Virus record (IMG/VR): IMGVR_UViG_3300011267_000017
Location: 1-53,137 of that record
From: a virus
Lineage: Duplodnaviria; Caudoviricetes
Strand: one strand, 5' to 3'
Length of the DNA stretch: 53,137 bases
The translations under genes and the position numbers were made by a program. Position 1 is the first letter of the stretch. Each line of letters begins with the position of its first letter. Below the pieces are notes generated by a model. It was given only the letters and a program-made list of their open reading frames with translations, searched no databases and had not been told where the DNA came from. Shown here piece by piece: positions 1 through 8,597 of this stretch.

Positions 1-1
1 T

Positions 2-1051
2 GCATCATTTTCAGAATTATATGCTGCTATTCAAAATACAGACGCATCAGCATCATTTGGGTATTTATGTGACTCATTTGGAAATAGAAATGCCTCTGGA
101 ACCTATTTTAAATTACCAGATCTTCGTGGAGAATTCTTAAGAGGATGGGATCATAATCGTGGAATTGATTTAAATAGAATAAATACAAGTGCTCAGGCGT
201 GCAGTGTTCAAACTCATAAACATGTTATGGGATGGGGAGAAATTACAGTTGGACCATTTGGAGGAACTGCCGAAAAAGGACATAAAGGAAGTGGTGATAG
301 TGATAATGATAATTACTATTATTATACAAATGATGGTAGTGATTATGGTAGCAATTCTCCAAATTCTACCGGAGTTGTAACTACCGAAACTCGGCCAAGA
401 AATGTTGCTGTAATGTACTGCATAAAATATTCCAATGTTACAAATTTTGCAACAAATGGAATAACTTTAGCAGGAGATGTTGTTGGTCCATCATCATCAT
501 CTAATGTTGTAAAAATTCAAAATATTCCGGTGACTTCTTCAGCACCAAGTCATGGACAAGTTTTACAATATAATAGTGGTTCGGGAAAATGGGTTCCAAG
601 CTCACTTGCCTCAAGTGGTTTAGTAGCATGGGCTACAATTCTAATTCCTACTGCTTCTAATTATAGTAGTGATAATGCTGCAACAGTAGCTAACGGAAAC
701 AGTCTTAATAAACCAATTATATTGAATAGTTATAATGTTAGTGATGTTTCGTGGACAGCACGTACTATTACTGCAAGTTTAAGTTTTTTAGGTACATTTC
801 CAGCTTCAAGAGTCAGACTTCAAGATGGTTCTGGAGTTCAAAATTTCTTAGTAACATTGACAAATGCTGCATCCAATTCAAATTACGCTTTAATTGGAAC
901 AGGATATGAACAACTAAGCGAAGCAAATAATGTTTTTCTATATCCGTTTCAACAAAGAACTACTACGCAATTTACAATGTCTTATTGTGGTCAAGGAGAT
1001 TGGTCTGGTGGAAATGAAATTGTTACTATAGCATTTGCGGTATATGCATAA
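2..1051 (+). CDS. Tail fibre protein with phage tail-collar domain (5' partial)
   Basis: The frame is open from base 2 into the listed 227..1051 ORF. It reads ...FSELYAAI...FKLPDLRGEFLRGWDHNRGID...THKH...ETRPRNVAVMYCIKY, the tail-collar signature. Confidence 0.85.
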   Translation, partial: ASFSELYAAIQNTDASASFGYLCDSFGNRNASGTYFKLPDLRGEFLRGWDHNRGIDLNRINTSAQACSVQTHKHVMGWGEITVGPFGGTAEKGHKGSGDSDNDNYYYYTNDGSDYGSNSPNSTGVVTTETRPRNVAVMYCIKYSNVTNFATNGITLAGDVVGPSSSSNVVKIQNIPVTSSAPSHGQVLQYNSGSGKWVPSSLASSGLVAWATILIPTASNYSSDNAATVANGNSLNKPIILNSYNVSDVSWTARTITASLSFLGTFPASRVRLQDGSGVQNFLVTLTNAASNSNYALIGTGYEQLSEANNVFLYPFQQRTTTQFTMSYCGQGDWSGGNEIVTIAFAVYA

Positions 1052-1110
1052 ATAAATGTGTAGATACTTATTGAAATAAAGTATTATGTAATATTTTACT
1101 TTTAATAGGA

Positions 1111-1118
1111 TATTTATA
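1111..1118 (+). promoter_or_regulatory. Candidate phage late promoter TATTTATA (variant TACTTATT at 1065-1072)
   Basis: Motif recurs in intergenic gaps upstream of structural genes; lies 4 nt before ATG 1123. Confidence 0.6.
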
Positions 1119-1122
1119 ACAC

Positions 1123-2094
1123 ATGAAAGACCAGATTTTAGATAAGCTTATTAGCTTTGATAAATTGTTAGGCATTACTGCTCTTATTATTGCTCTCGTC
1201 GCAGCTTTTTTCTCGGTATATGGAATAGCAACTCTTTTCGCTGGAGCGTTTACTCTGACCGCAATTATGGCTTCTGCATTAGAAGTTGGAAAATTAGTTA
1301 GTGTAACTTTTTTATATCGTTATTGGAAAAACACAAAGAAATTTCTTAAAATATACCTTAGCATTGCAACATTGACTTTAATGTTAGTTACATCTATAGG
1401 TATTTTTGGATATTTAAGTGCGGCATACCAAAAATCTTCTATTGAATTTAAAGCTAATCAAGAAAAAATTATCATGGTAGAAGGGCAAAAAACGTATTTA
1501 ATTGATAAAATAAATCAATCTAAAGAACGTATTAAAACTTTAAATGATGTTCGTAATCAACAAGAAGCAAGAATGACTGAAGCACTTACTAATACATTTT
1601 TGACTAGAAATCCTTTACAATTAAGACAACTTCAACAACAAACCGCAGATATGATTAGTTCAGCAGATGATAATATCAAATCTGAACAAGAACGTATTCA
1701 AACTACAACAGACGAAATTCAAAAAATTGATCAAAAAGTCAACGATATGAAATTTGCTTCTGCGGGAACAAAAGATATAAGAACATTTCAATTTGTAGCA
1801 GATCAATTTGGAACCACTCTTGATACAGTAGCAAAATGGTTTATTTGTACTTTAATATTTGTATTTGATCCATTGGCAGTAGCTCTTATTTTAGCGTACA
1901 ATGTAGTTTCTTATAAAAAAGATATTGTTAGTCCTATTGTAGATACAAAATCAGATTTAGACTCTTCAAAAAAGGAAATTATTCTTAATTCTACTATTCC
2001 AATAGAAAAAGTTGAAGCAATATCACCACAAGAAGTAATTCATTCTTCGGAACCATCAGTTAATTCAGATATTAAGAGAATGTTCAAGTTATAA
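1123..2094 (+). CDS. Membrane protein: three N-terminal TM helices, long coiled coil, C-terminal TM helix
   Basis: Hydrophobic segments at about aa 16-100 and 240-262 flank a Q/E/K-rich heptad region. Function unknown. Confidence 0.75.
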   Translation: MKDQILDKLISFDKLLGITALIIALVAAFFSVYGIATLFAGAFTLTAIMASALEVGKLVSVTFLYRYWKNTKKFLKIYLSIATLTLMLVTSIGIFGYLSAAYQKSSIEFKANQEKIIMVEGQKTYLIDKINQSKERIKTLNDVRNQQEARMTEALTNTFLTRNPLQLRQLQQQTADMISSADDNIKSEQERIQTTTDEIQKIDQKVNDMKFASAGTKDIRTFQFVADQFGTTLDTVAKWFICTLIFVFDPLAVALILAYNVVSYKKDIVSPIVDTKSDLDSSKKEIILNSTIPIEKVEAISPQEVIHSSEPSVNSDIKRMFKL

Positions 2095-2098
2095 TAAG

Positions 2099-2127
2099 TT
2101 GACAAATCGAGTTGATTGATATAGAAT
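2099..2127 (+). promoter_or_regulatory. Sigma70-type promoter TTGACA-17-TAGAAT
   Basis: TTGACA 2099-2104, 17-nt spacer, TAGAAT 2122-2127, in the gap before the late-sigma operon. Confidence 0.7.
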
Positions 2128-2212
2128 TACATAGATTTAAGTTATTTTTCTTTTCTCTTTCGTTAAGAAAAATATATGTATGGTCGGCTAGTATTAGAAA
2201 ACACAACTGATT

Positions 2213-2350
2213 ATGGATCAATTCGACATAAAATACATTTTAGAATTACTTAACGACGCTGTATCAGAAAAAGACTGGGATACAATCGACGAAGCACGAG
2301 AAACACTCAAAGAATTTTTGGATGTTGAACAAGCTTCTGAAGATGAATAA
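2213..2350 (+). CDS. Small acidic hypothetical protein (45 aa), not in the ORF track
   Basis: MDQFDIKYILELLNDAVSEKDWDTIDEARETLKEFLDVEQASEDE*; the stop TAA is 1 nt before the next ATG (2352). Confidence 0.65.
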   Translation: MDQFDIKYILELLNDAVSEKDWDTIDEARETLKEFLDVEQASEDE

Positions 2351-2351
2351 T

Positions 2352-2642
2352 ATGATTACATTTCTCTTAATTTTAGGTCTAATTATTTCTTTGGGATTAA
2401 ATATTGCTGCTTATAAACTTATCCGAAATCTCTTGAGAAAAATTTCTATCTATGAAAATTGGATACTAGAATTTAAACAGGATGTAACCGATACTTTATC
2501 ATTGATGAGAGCTATAGACAAACAAGGTGTCTTTGCTACATCATTAAATGAAAAGGGATTGTTTGAGTCGGATGATCAAGTAGGACAGATTTTTAAAGAA
2601 ATAATGAGCCTTATAGAGAAATTGAATGAAAGAACTCAATGA
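2352..2642 (+). CDS. Small N-terminally membrane-anchored hypothetical protein
   Basis: MITFLLILGLIISLGLNIAAY TM helix; start moved to 2352 by coupling with the upstream stop. Confidence 0.65.
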   Translation: MITFLLILGLIISLGLNIAAYKLIRNLLRKISIYENWILEFKQDVTDTLSLMRAIDKQGVFATSLNEKGLFESDDQVGQIFKEIMSLIEKLNERTQ

Positions 2643-2646
2643 CTCT

Positions 2647-3540
2647 ATGAAAAAACAAAAAAAAGTTACACATAAAAAGGCCATACATTCACAAACTAAA
2701 AAATCTAAGACACCCGTTAAACAACGACATAAAAAGTCTAAGACAGTAACACATGTTGTTGCTGTGAATGTAAATCCATTACCAACTTCTAAACCACGTA
2801 AAAAACGAGGTATAAATACAACTCGAATGTATTTTACGCAAGAAACAGAAGATGCCATTATTGCTTATAATAACGAAACAAATACTGATGTTCGTGAGAA
2901 AATCTTTCGAGAAAAAATTTATCAACCATTTCAAAAATTGGTTGAAAATGTTTTCAATACCTTTAAATTTTCATACTTTAGAACTGGACCACAAGATGTC
3001 CAAAAGGAATGTTTAACTCATCTTGTTGCAAATATGCACAAGTATGATCCAAATAGACAAAGTAAAACAGATCCTAATAAAAAAACAAAAGCATATTCAT
3101 ATTTTTCAATAATTGCAAAACATTATTTGATTTTGTTAAATAATACTATCTATAAAGAATTTAATCAAAATATAGAAATTAGTGAAGATAGAGATGAAAA
3201 TACCGTTCAATTACAACAAGAAGATAAATATTATGGTAATCAAGAAATGTCTGATTTCATAAAACTTGTCATTGAATTCTGGGAAAAGAACGTTAACAAA
3301 ATATTTACTAAACAACGCGATTTAAGTATTGCAAATGCAGTGGTAGAATTATTTAGGAATTCTGATCGTATAGATGCATTTAATAAAAAAGCATTGTATC
3401 TTTATATTCGTGAAATGGCCATGTGTAAAACTCAACAAATTACTAAAGTCATTAATAAAATGAAACAATATCACGATAATATACAAAAATCTTATTTGGA
3501 AAACGGTTACATAAACACTGACCGAACATCTACCTCTTAA
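2647..3540 (+). CDS. Phage sigma factor for late transcription (T4 gp55-like)
   Basis: Sigma region-2-like segment QKECLTHLVANMHKYDP...KAYSYFSIIAKHYLI resembles the gp55 (F/Y)DP...AYFT.I pattern; long basic N-terminal extension. Start may be 2626. Confidence 0.7.
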   Translation: MKKQKKVTHKKAIHSQTKKSKTPVKQRHKKSKTVTHVVAVNVNPLPTSKPRKKRGINTTRMYFTQETEDAIIAYNNETNTDVREKIFREKIYQPFQKLVENVFNTFKFSYFRTGPQDVQKECLTHLVANMHKYDPNRQSKTDPNKKTKAYSYFSIIAKHYLILLNNTIYKEFNQNIEISEDRDENTVQLQQEDKYYGNQEMSDFIKLVIEFWEKNVNKIFTKQRDLSIANAVVELFRNSDRIDAFNKKALYLYIREMAMCKTQQITKVINKMKQYHDNIQKSYLENGYINTDRTSTS

Positions 3541-3560
3541 AATGTTATTAAAATAACTTT

Positions 3561-3592
3561 GATGAACATGTTCAAAACTGAACATGTTCATC
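3561..3592. repeat. Perfect 14-bp inverted repeat made of two 12-bp palindromes TGAACATGTTCA
   Basis: GATGAACATGTTCA-AAAC-TGAACATGTTCATC, abutting TATTTATG at 3593-3600. Confidence 0.9.
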
Positions 3593-3605
3593 TATTTATG
3601 TACGT

Positions 3606-3992
3606 ATGGCAAATCTTGATTTTGAAGTATGTGATGGCAAATCGTTTCGCGATTTGTGTAAAGAAATAGTTGATCGTTCCCAAAGTAAAAAAGATCAACT
3701 GGATACCCTTTTATCAGATGTCCGTGGACATATAAAAAATGTAAATGATGCAGCTACATTTTTGCCGAGAATAAAAGAGTTACTTGAGGTAGGAATTAAA
3801 AATGACGAACAAATAATTAAACTTGTTGGCGTTCTTCAAAAGTTACAATCTACTCAATTAGAGACTTCGGGGGGAAGTGATGGGTTATTAACAGATGAAG
3901 AAAAAGATCAATTGTTACAAAACGCATTAAACAAAGAAATTAAAGACATCAAAAAAGTAGTTGAAAATTCTGATGTACCTAAAAATTCATAA
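3606..3992 (+). CDS. Helical hypothetical protein
   Basis: 128-aa ORF preceded by the late motif; 2 nt from the next gene. Confidence 0.75.
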   Translation: MANLDFEVCDGKSFRDLCKEIVDRSQSKKDQLDTLLSDVRGHIKNVNDAATFLPRIKELLEVGIKNDEQIIKLVGVLQKLQSTQLETSGGSDGLLTDEEKDQLLQNALNKEIKDIKKVVENSDVPKNS

Positions 3993-3994
3993 TT

Positions 3995-5563
3995 ATGGCA
4001 TATTGGAAACAAAGTTCAAAAAATACCCGTCAATTAGATAGTTTCGGATTGGCGACTAATAATTCTGGAGGAAGAAATTCATCTCCTACAGAATTTTATG
4101 AAATGGAACTCGGTGTAGTTTTGGATATAGTTTTAGATGAAAAACATCCTCTTTATCAAGTTAAAGAAAAATTACATTCTAAAATTGATGTCGATAGATG
4201 GCCAGCAGATTTAGAAGATAAACCTGCATTAAATACTGATAAAGATTTATCATGGATTGGAAGAGCATTAGTTAGACCATTAATTTCAGAAAAACTGACA
4301 GATAAAGACCAACTTTTATGGGCATATCCTTTAGAAGGAAATTTATCTGAATATCCTCTCATTAATGAATTAGTTGTATTAGTTTCTTATAGAGATCAAT
4401 TGTATTATACTAAAAAAGTAAATTATCATAATTGGCCGAATAATAATCTTGATTTTGCAATTCAACAAGCTACATCAGGAAAACCTAATACAGAGTTGTT
4501 TTCTAATTCTACATTAACAGGTAATAAAGAGTCCAAGACAAATTACAAAGGCGATACTGGATTTAAAGGATATGCCGGAAAATATTTTGTTTCAAACAAT
4601 AAAATACGAACAATAAAACGATTTGAAGGAGACTTACTTATAGAAAGTAGATTTGGTCAAACAATTCATATGACTGCATATGACTCCAATCGTTCAAATG
4701 ATGTAGGAGACTCTCGATATAAAGATTACAAAGATAGTGGTAATCCCATGATTATCATTCGCAATCGTCAACGACCATTAGTAAAATCGGGTCAAAAGCT
4801 AATTCCTCATAAAAAATTGCCACCTATTATTGGGACCGAACAAGAGAAAAATACAGGTGGGTATTTAGAAGAAAATATTAACCACGATGGTTCTACTATT
4901 GCAATTACTTCGGGTCAAACAATAAGTCAGTATGTTACGACTTGTTATAAAAAGATGTTTGGAGATGGAGAAGAAACAGTAAAATTTCAAGGTTCTACAT
5001 CTTTTAAAACTCCAATTTTGAATGGAGATCAAATTGTTATCAATTCAGATAGATTAGTTTTATCATCTCGTTACGGAGAAACTCTTCATTATTCAAAAAA
5101 ACGTTATGGTATTGTAACTGATAATGAATATACCGTAGATGCCCATCAACAAATTGTTTTAACTACAAATACAAAAACTGTAATTAATTCTCCTGCAATT
5201 TATCTTGGTGAATATGATATGACAAATGAACCAGTTTTATTAGGTCAAACTACTATAAATTGGTTGTACGAATTATGTAATTGGTTATTAACCCATACTC
5301 ATTGGCATAAACATTCTCATACTGACGCCGGAAAAGAGTCTCCATCTACAACACAATTACCAGTTGAAGTTCAACAATTAATTGCATTAAGAGATAAACT
5401 TCATACTTTACTTAGTCGAAGAGTATTTGTTACGGGTGGTGGCCTTGCTCCGGGCCAAAACGGGGGCAATATAATTGACGGTACTCCGCCCGTTAAAATA
5501 AGTACTGGTAATGGAGATGGTGTTCCCGGGGGATGGAAAGGTACTAACTTCAGACCATCATAA
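3995..5563 (+). CDS. Baseplate central spike/hub protein (gp5/gpV-like)
   Basis: OB-fold-like N-terminus (YPLINELVVLV), GDLLIESRFGQTI, beta-repeat region, His apex HTHWHKHSH; located just upstream of gp25/gp6. Confidence 0.65.
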   Translation: MAYWKQSSKNTRQLDSFGLATNNSGGRNSSPTEFYEMELGVVLDIVLDEKHPLYQVKEKLHSKIDVDRWPADLEDKPALNTDKDLSWIGRALVRPLISEKLTDKDQLLWAYPLEGNLSEYPLINELVVLVSYRDQLYYTKKVNYHNWPNNNLDFAIQQATSGKPNTELFSNSTLTGNKESKTNYKGDTGFKGYAGKYFVSNNKIRTIKRFEGDLLIESRFGQTIHMTAYDSNRSNDVGDSRYKDYKDSGNPMIIIRNRQRPLVKSGQKLIPHKKLPPIIGTEQEKNTGGYLEENINHDGSTIAITSGQTISQYVTTCYKKMFGDGEETVKFQGSTSFKTPILNGDQIVINSDRLVLSSRYGETLHYSKKRYGIVTDNEYTVDAHQQIVLTTNTKTVINSPAIYLGEYDMTNEPVLLGQTTINWLYELCNWLLTHTHWHKHSHTDAGKESPSTTQLPVEVQQLIALRDKLHTLLSRRVFVTGGGLAPGQNGGNIIDGTPPVKISTGNGDGVPGGWKGTNFRPS

Positions 5564-5577
5564 GGATATTTATACCT

Positions 5578-6195
5578 ATGAAAAAATCAGAAATTACACA
5601 ACTCACACAGATAATTGAGCATTTGGTTGCACGTGAAGTGCGTAAACAACTTCCAAAAATTATTTCAGAAGTATTCCAAAATGGCTTAAATAAGCCAGTT
5701 TTAACAGAAACTCAATCTGTTAAAAATATAGAAGAACCCATCAAGGAAAATGTAGAACAAAATGAATTAAAAACATCATTAAAAGAATTGTTTTCAGGAG
5801 TTACTCCGTCAATTCCATCCAATGACGGAGCATCTATTCAAAAAGTTCAAAAACAATATACTAAAAATCCTATTTTAAATCAAATTTTGAATGAAACCTC
5901 TGGAGATTTAAAGCAACGTGAACGAATGCATGGAGGAATGCCTATTGCTGCGGCTGGAATGTCAATGCCTTCTCCTATGGAATTGGCAGCAACAACAAAC
6001 ATTCCAATTTCAGCTCCGCCAGTATTATCTGAAGGTCAGGAAAGTCGTCATGCTCCAATGTCTGCATTACCAGAAGGAATTTCAGCATTAGATGTTGCTA
6101 AGGCAGGAATGGTTCCTGAAGCAGTAACTTCAGTTCTTACGAATTTTGATCGTATGAAAAAAATTCTTGAGCAATCTAAATCGAAACGACACTAA
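5578..6195 (+). CDS. Hypothetical protein (possible head-associated protein)
   Basis: 205-aa ORF with TATTTATA 3 nt upstream; contains LTE/IKE/LNE motifs. Confidence 0.7.
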   Translation: MKKSEITQLTQIIEHLVAREVRKQLPKIISEVFQNGLNKPVLTETQSVKNIEEPIKENVEQNELKTSLKELFSGVTPSIPSNDGASIQKVQKQYTKNPILNQILNETSGDLKQRERMHGGMPIAAAGMSMPSPMELAATTNIPISAPPVLSEGQESRHAPMSALPEGISALDVAKAGMVPEAVTSVLTNFDRMKKILEQSKSKRH

Positions 6196-6614
6196 TGCCT
6201 ATAGTAAAAAATACTCCCATCGGTATAAATCTACCTATTCAAGGTGGAAAAAATGGATATTTTGATCAATCCACGGATACATTCACTGCATATAGAATGA
6301 ATATTATCAATCTCATCCGAACAAATCCGGGTGAACGAAGAATGAACCCTACGTTTGGATGCCGTTTATGGAATATCGTATTTGAACCCAATGATGATTT
6401 TATTCCACAAAAAATAGAAAAAATAATTAAAGAAGATGTAGCACGATGGATACCCGGAGTAAGTGTAGACTCAGTAAACGTTAAATATTTTGAAAATGAC
6501 CAAAGTACAGATTTACGAGATATTTATAAATTGTACATCACAGTTGCATTTACAATTAGTACAATAAATCAATCGGATGTAGTAGAGATTATCCTTGATA
6601 AGAACAAGGTCTAA
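6195..6614 (+). CDS. gp25: Baseplate wedge subunit, GPW/gp25 family
   Basis: NLIRTNPGERRMNPTFGCRLWNIVFEP motif; size and position fit. Confidence 0.9.
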   Translation: MPIVKNTPIGINLPIQGGKNGYFDQSTDTFTAYRMNIINLIRTNPGERRMNPTFGCRLWNIVFEPNDDFIPQKIEKIIKEDVARWIPGVSVDSVNVKYFENDQSTDLRDIYKLYITVAFTISTINQSDVVEIILDKNKV

Positions 6615-6616
6615 TT

Positions 6617-8596
6617 ATGGCAAGCAATATACAAAAATCCTTTGCACCAAATAGCAAAGAAATCAGATATTTAAATCGAGATTTTTCTCAATTGAGAGAA
6701 GCTCTAATTAATTTTGCAAAGACCTATTTTCCAAATAGTTACAAAGATTTTTCTCCTGCTTCTCCGGGAATGATGTTTATTGAACAAGCTGCATATGTCG
6801 GAGATGTATTAAGTTATTATACAGACTATGCTTTTAAAGAAAGTATTTTAACAAGTGCTACTGAACGTAGAAACATAATTAATTTAGCTCGTTATCTTGG
6901 ATATAAGGTTAAACCATCTCGTGCATCTGCGGGAGTAGTTAATCTTTATCAACTTTGCCCAGCAGCAAATGATGGTCAAGGTAATTATTATCCTGACCCA
7001 AATTACATGTTATTGGTAAAGGAAAATACTCAATTTTCAAATAATGGGGGTTCATATTATATTCTTAATCAAGCAGTTGATTTTGAAGTTAGTTCTTCTA
7101 ATTCTCCTAGATTGGATAGTGTGTATTCAAGAACCTCTGATGGAACTCCTGAATTTTTCTTGCTTCAAAAATCTGGGAGTATAAGCTCAGGACAAATAGT
7201 AACTAAAGAAGTCGTTGTTACAACCCCAACCCCGTTTTATCAGATTACATTGGATGAAAGTAATGTATTAGGAATTTTAGATATTACAGACTTAGATAAT
7301 AATAAATGGTATGAAGTAGATTTCTTAGCTCAAGAGTTGGTACCTATAGCTGTTCCAAACGATGCACAATATGAAGGTTCATTAGAACAATATAAAGACT
7401 CTGTGCCTTATATTTTAAAGTACTTAAAAACTTCACGAAGATTTATTACATTGGTAGATGAGAACAATAATACAACGTTACAATTTGGAGCTGGAACAAA
7501 TGGAATAGATGATGAAATAGTTACATTTGACTCTAATTTAATTGGTGTTGGGTTGTCTAATATTAATAGTGTTAATGTTCCATTAGATCCAAGTAATTTT
7601 CTTAAAAATGAAAACTATGGTATTGCTCCTTTCAATACAACTTTAACTATAAGATATTTGATAGGTGGAGGATTACAATCTAATTGTCAAACAAATGAAA
7701 TAAAAAATGTCGTATCTGCTGAATTCGACAATCCGTCTGAAGGGTTATTGCCCGAACAAGTAGATTTACTAAATACAGTAAAAAATTCCTTACAAGTAAA
7801 TAATCCATCACCATGTATTGGTGGAAAAGACACCGAAACAGACGATGAAATAAAAATGAACGCAATGGCAAATTTTGCTGCACAGAATAGAACTGTAACT
7901 CAAAATGATTATTTAGTAAGAGTATATTCTTTGCCTGCAAAATTCGGGTCTGTAGCTAAAGCACAAGTAATTGCAGATACTAATTTACAAGTTGGAGTAA
8001 ATAAAATTTTAGTTGGTTCTATAGACCAAAACAATGTGGCTAATGTAACGGATAATAGTAATTCAAACTTTTTTAGAAAATTAGCATATGATATAACAAA
8101 TCCATTTTCCATTAATGTTTATTTATTATCATATGATGCAAACAAAAAATTAGTCCAACCAAATGACGCAGTAATAACTAATCTGATAACTTACTTAAAG
8201 CAATCCAGAATGATAACAGATGGAGTTAATGTAATTGATGGTTATGTTATTAATATTGGTGTGGAATTTACTATTACAGTTTACAAAGGATTTAATAAGA
8301 AAGATGTTTTATTGAATTGTATTCAAACTGTTCAAAACTTTTTCAATATAGACAATTGGAATTTTTCTCAACCAATTAATCTAAGTCAGTTGCAATTGGA
8401 AATTGCAAAAGTTGATGGGGTTCAATCGGTTGTAAACTTAAAAATAACAAATAAAACTGCATTGGATGGAAATTATTCATCTGTTGAATACGATATAGAT
8501 GCAGCTACAAAAAATGGAATTATTTATCCTTCAGTAGATCCATCTATTTTTGAAGTTAAATACCCTGACAGCGACATTAAAGGATCAGTATTATAA
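6617..8596 (+). CDS. gp6: Baseplate wedge protein (T4 gp6 / baseplate J-like)
   Basis: RDFSQLREALI, AYVGDVLSYY, LARYLGYK, LQFGAG, GGKDTETDDEIK, AQNRTVTQNDY motifs. Confidence 0.9.
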   Translation: MASNIQKSFAPNSKEIRYLNRDFSQLREALINFAKTYFPNSYKDFSPASPGMMFIEQAAYVGDVLSYYTDYAFKESILTSATERRNIINLARYLGYKVKPSRASAGVVNLYQLCPAANDGQGNYYPDPNYMLLVKENTQFSNNGGSYYILNQAVDFEVSSSNSPRLDSVYSRTSDGTPEFFLLQKSGSISSGQIVTKEVVVTTPTPFYQITLDESNVLGILDITDLDNNKWYEVDFLAQELVPIAVPNDAQYEGSLEQYKDSVPYILKYLKTSRRFITLVDENNNTTLQFGAGTNGIDDEIVTFDSNLIGVGLSNINSVNVPLDPSNFLKNENYGIAPFNTTLTIRYLIGGGLQSNCQTNEIKNVVSAEFDNPSEGLLPEQVDLLNTVKNSLQVNNPSPCIGGKDTETDDEIKMNAMANFAAQNRTVTQNDYLVRVYSLPAKFGSVAKAQVIADTNLQVGVNKILVGSIDQNNVANVTDNSNSNFFRKLAYDITNPFSINVYLLSYDANKKLVQPNDAVITNLITYLKQSRMITDGVNVIDGYVINIGVEFTITVYKGFNKKDVLLNCIQTVQNFFNIDNWNFSQPINLSQLQLEIAKVDGVQSVVNLKITNKTALDGNYSSVEYDIDAATKNGIIYPSVDPSIFEVKYPDSDIKGSVL

Positions 8597-8597
8597 T

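Noticed and set aside
1123-2642. Holin/spanin lysis cassette
   Set aside because: Membrane topology is suggestive, but no endolysin or lipobox-bearing partner is nearby, so the call cannot be supported.
3561-3592. GAAC..GTTC palindromes as a LexA/SOS box
   Set aside because: The spacing is GAAC-N2-GTTC, not the Firmicute/Actinobacterial N4, and the 16-bp period does not fit the alphaproteobacterial N7 direct repeat.
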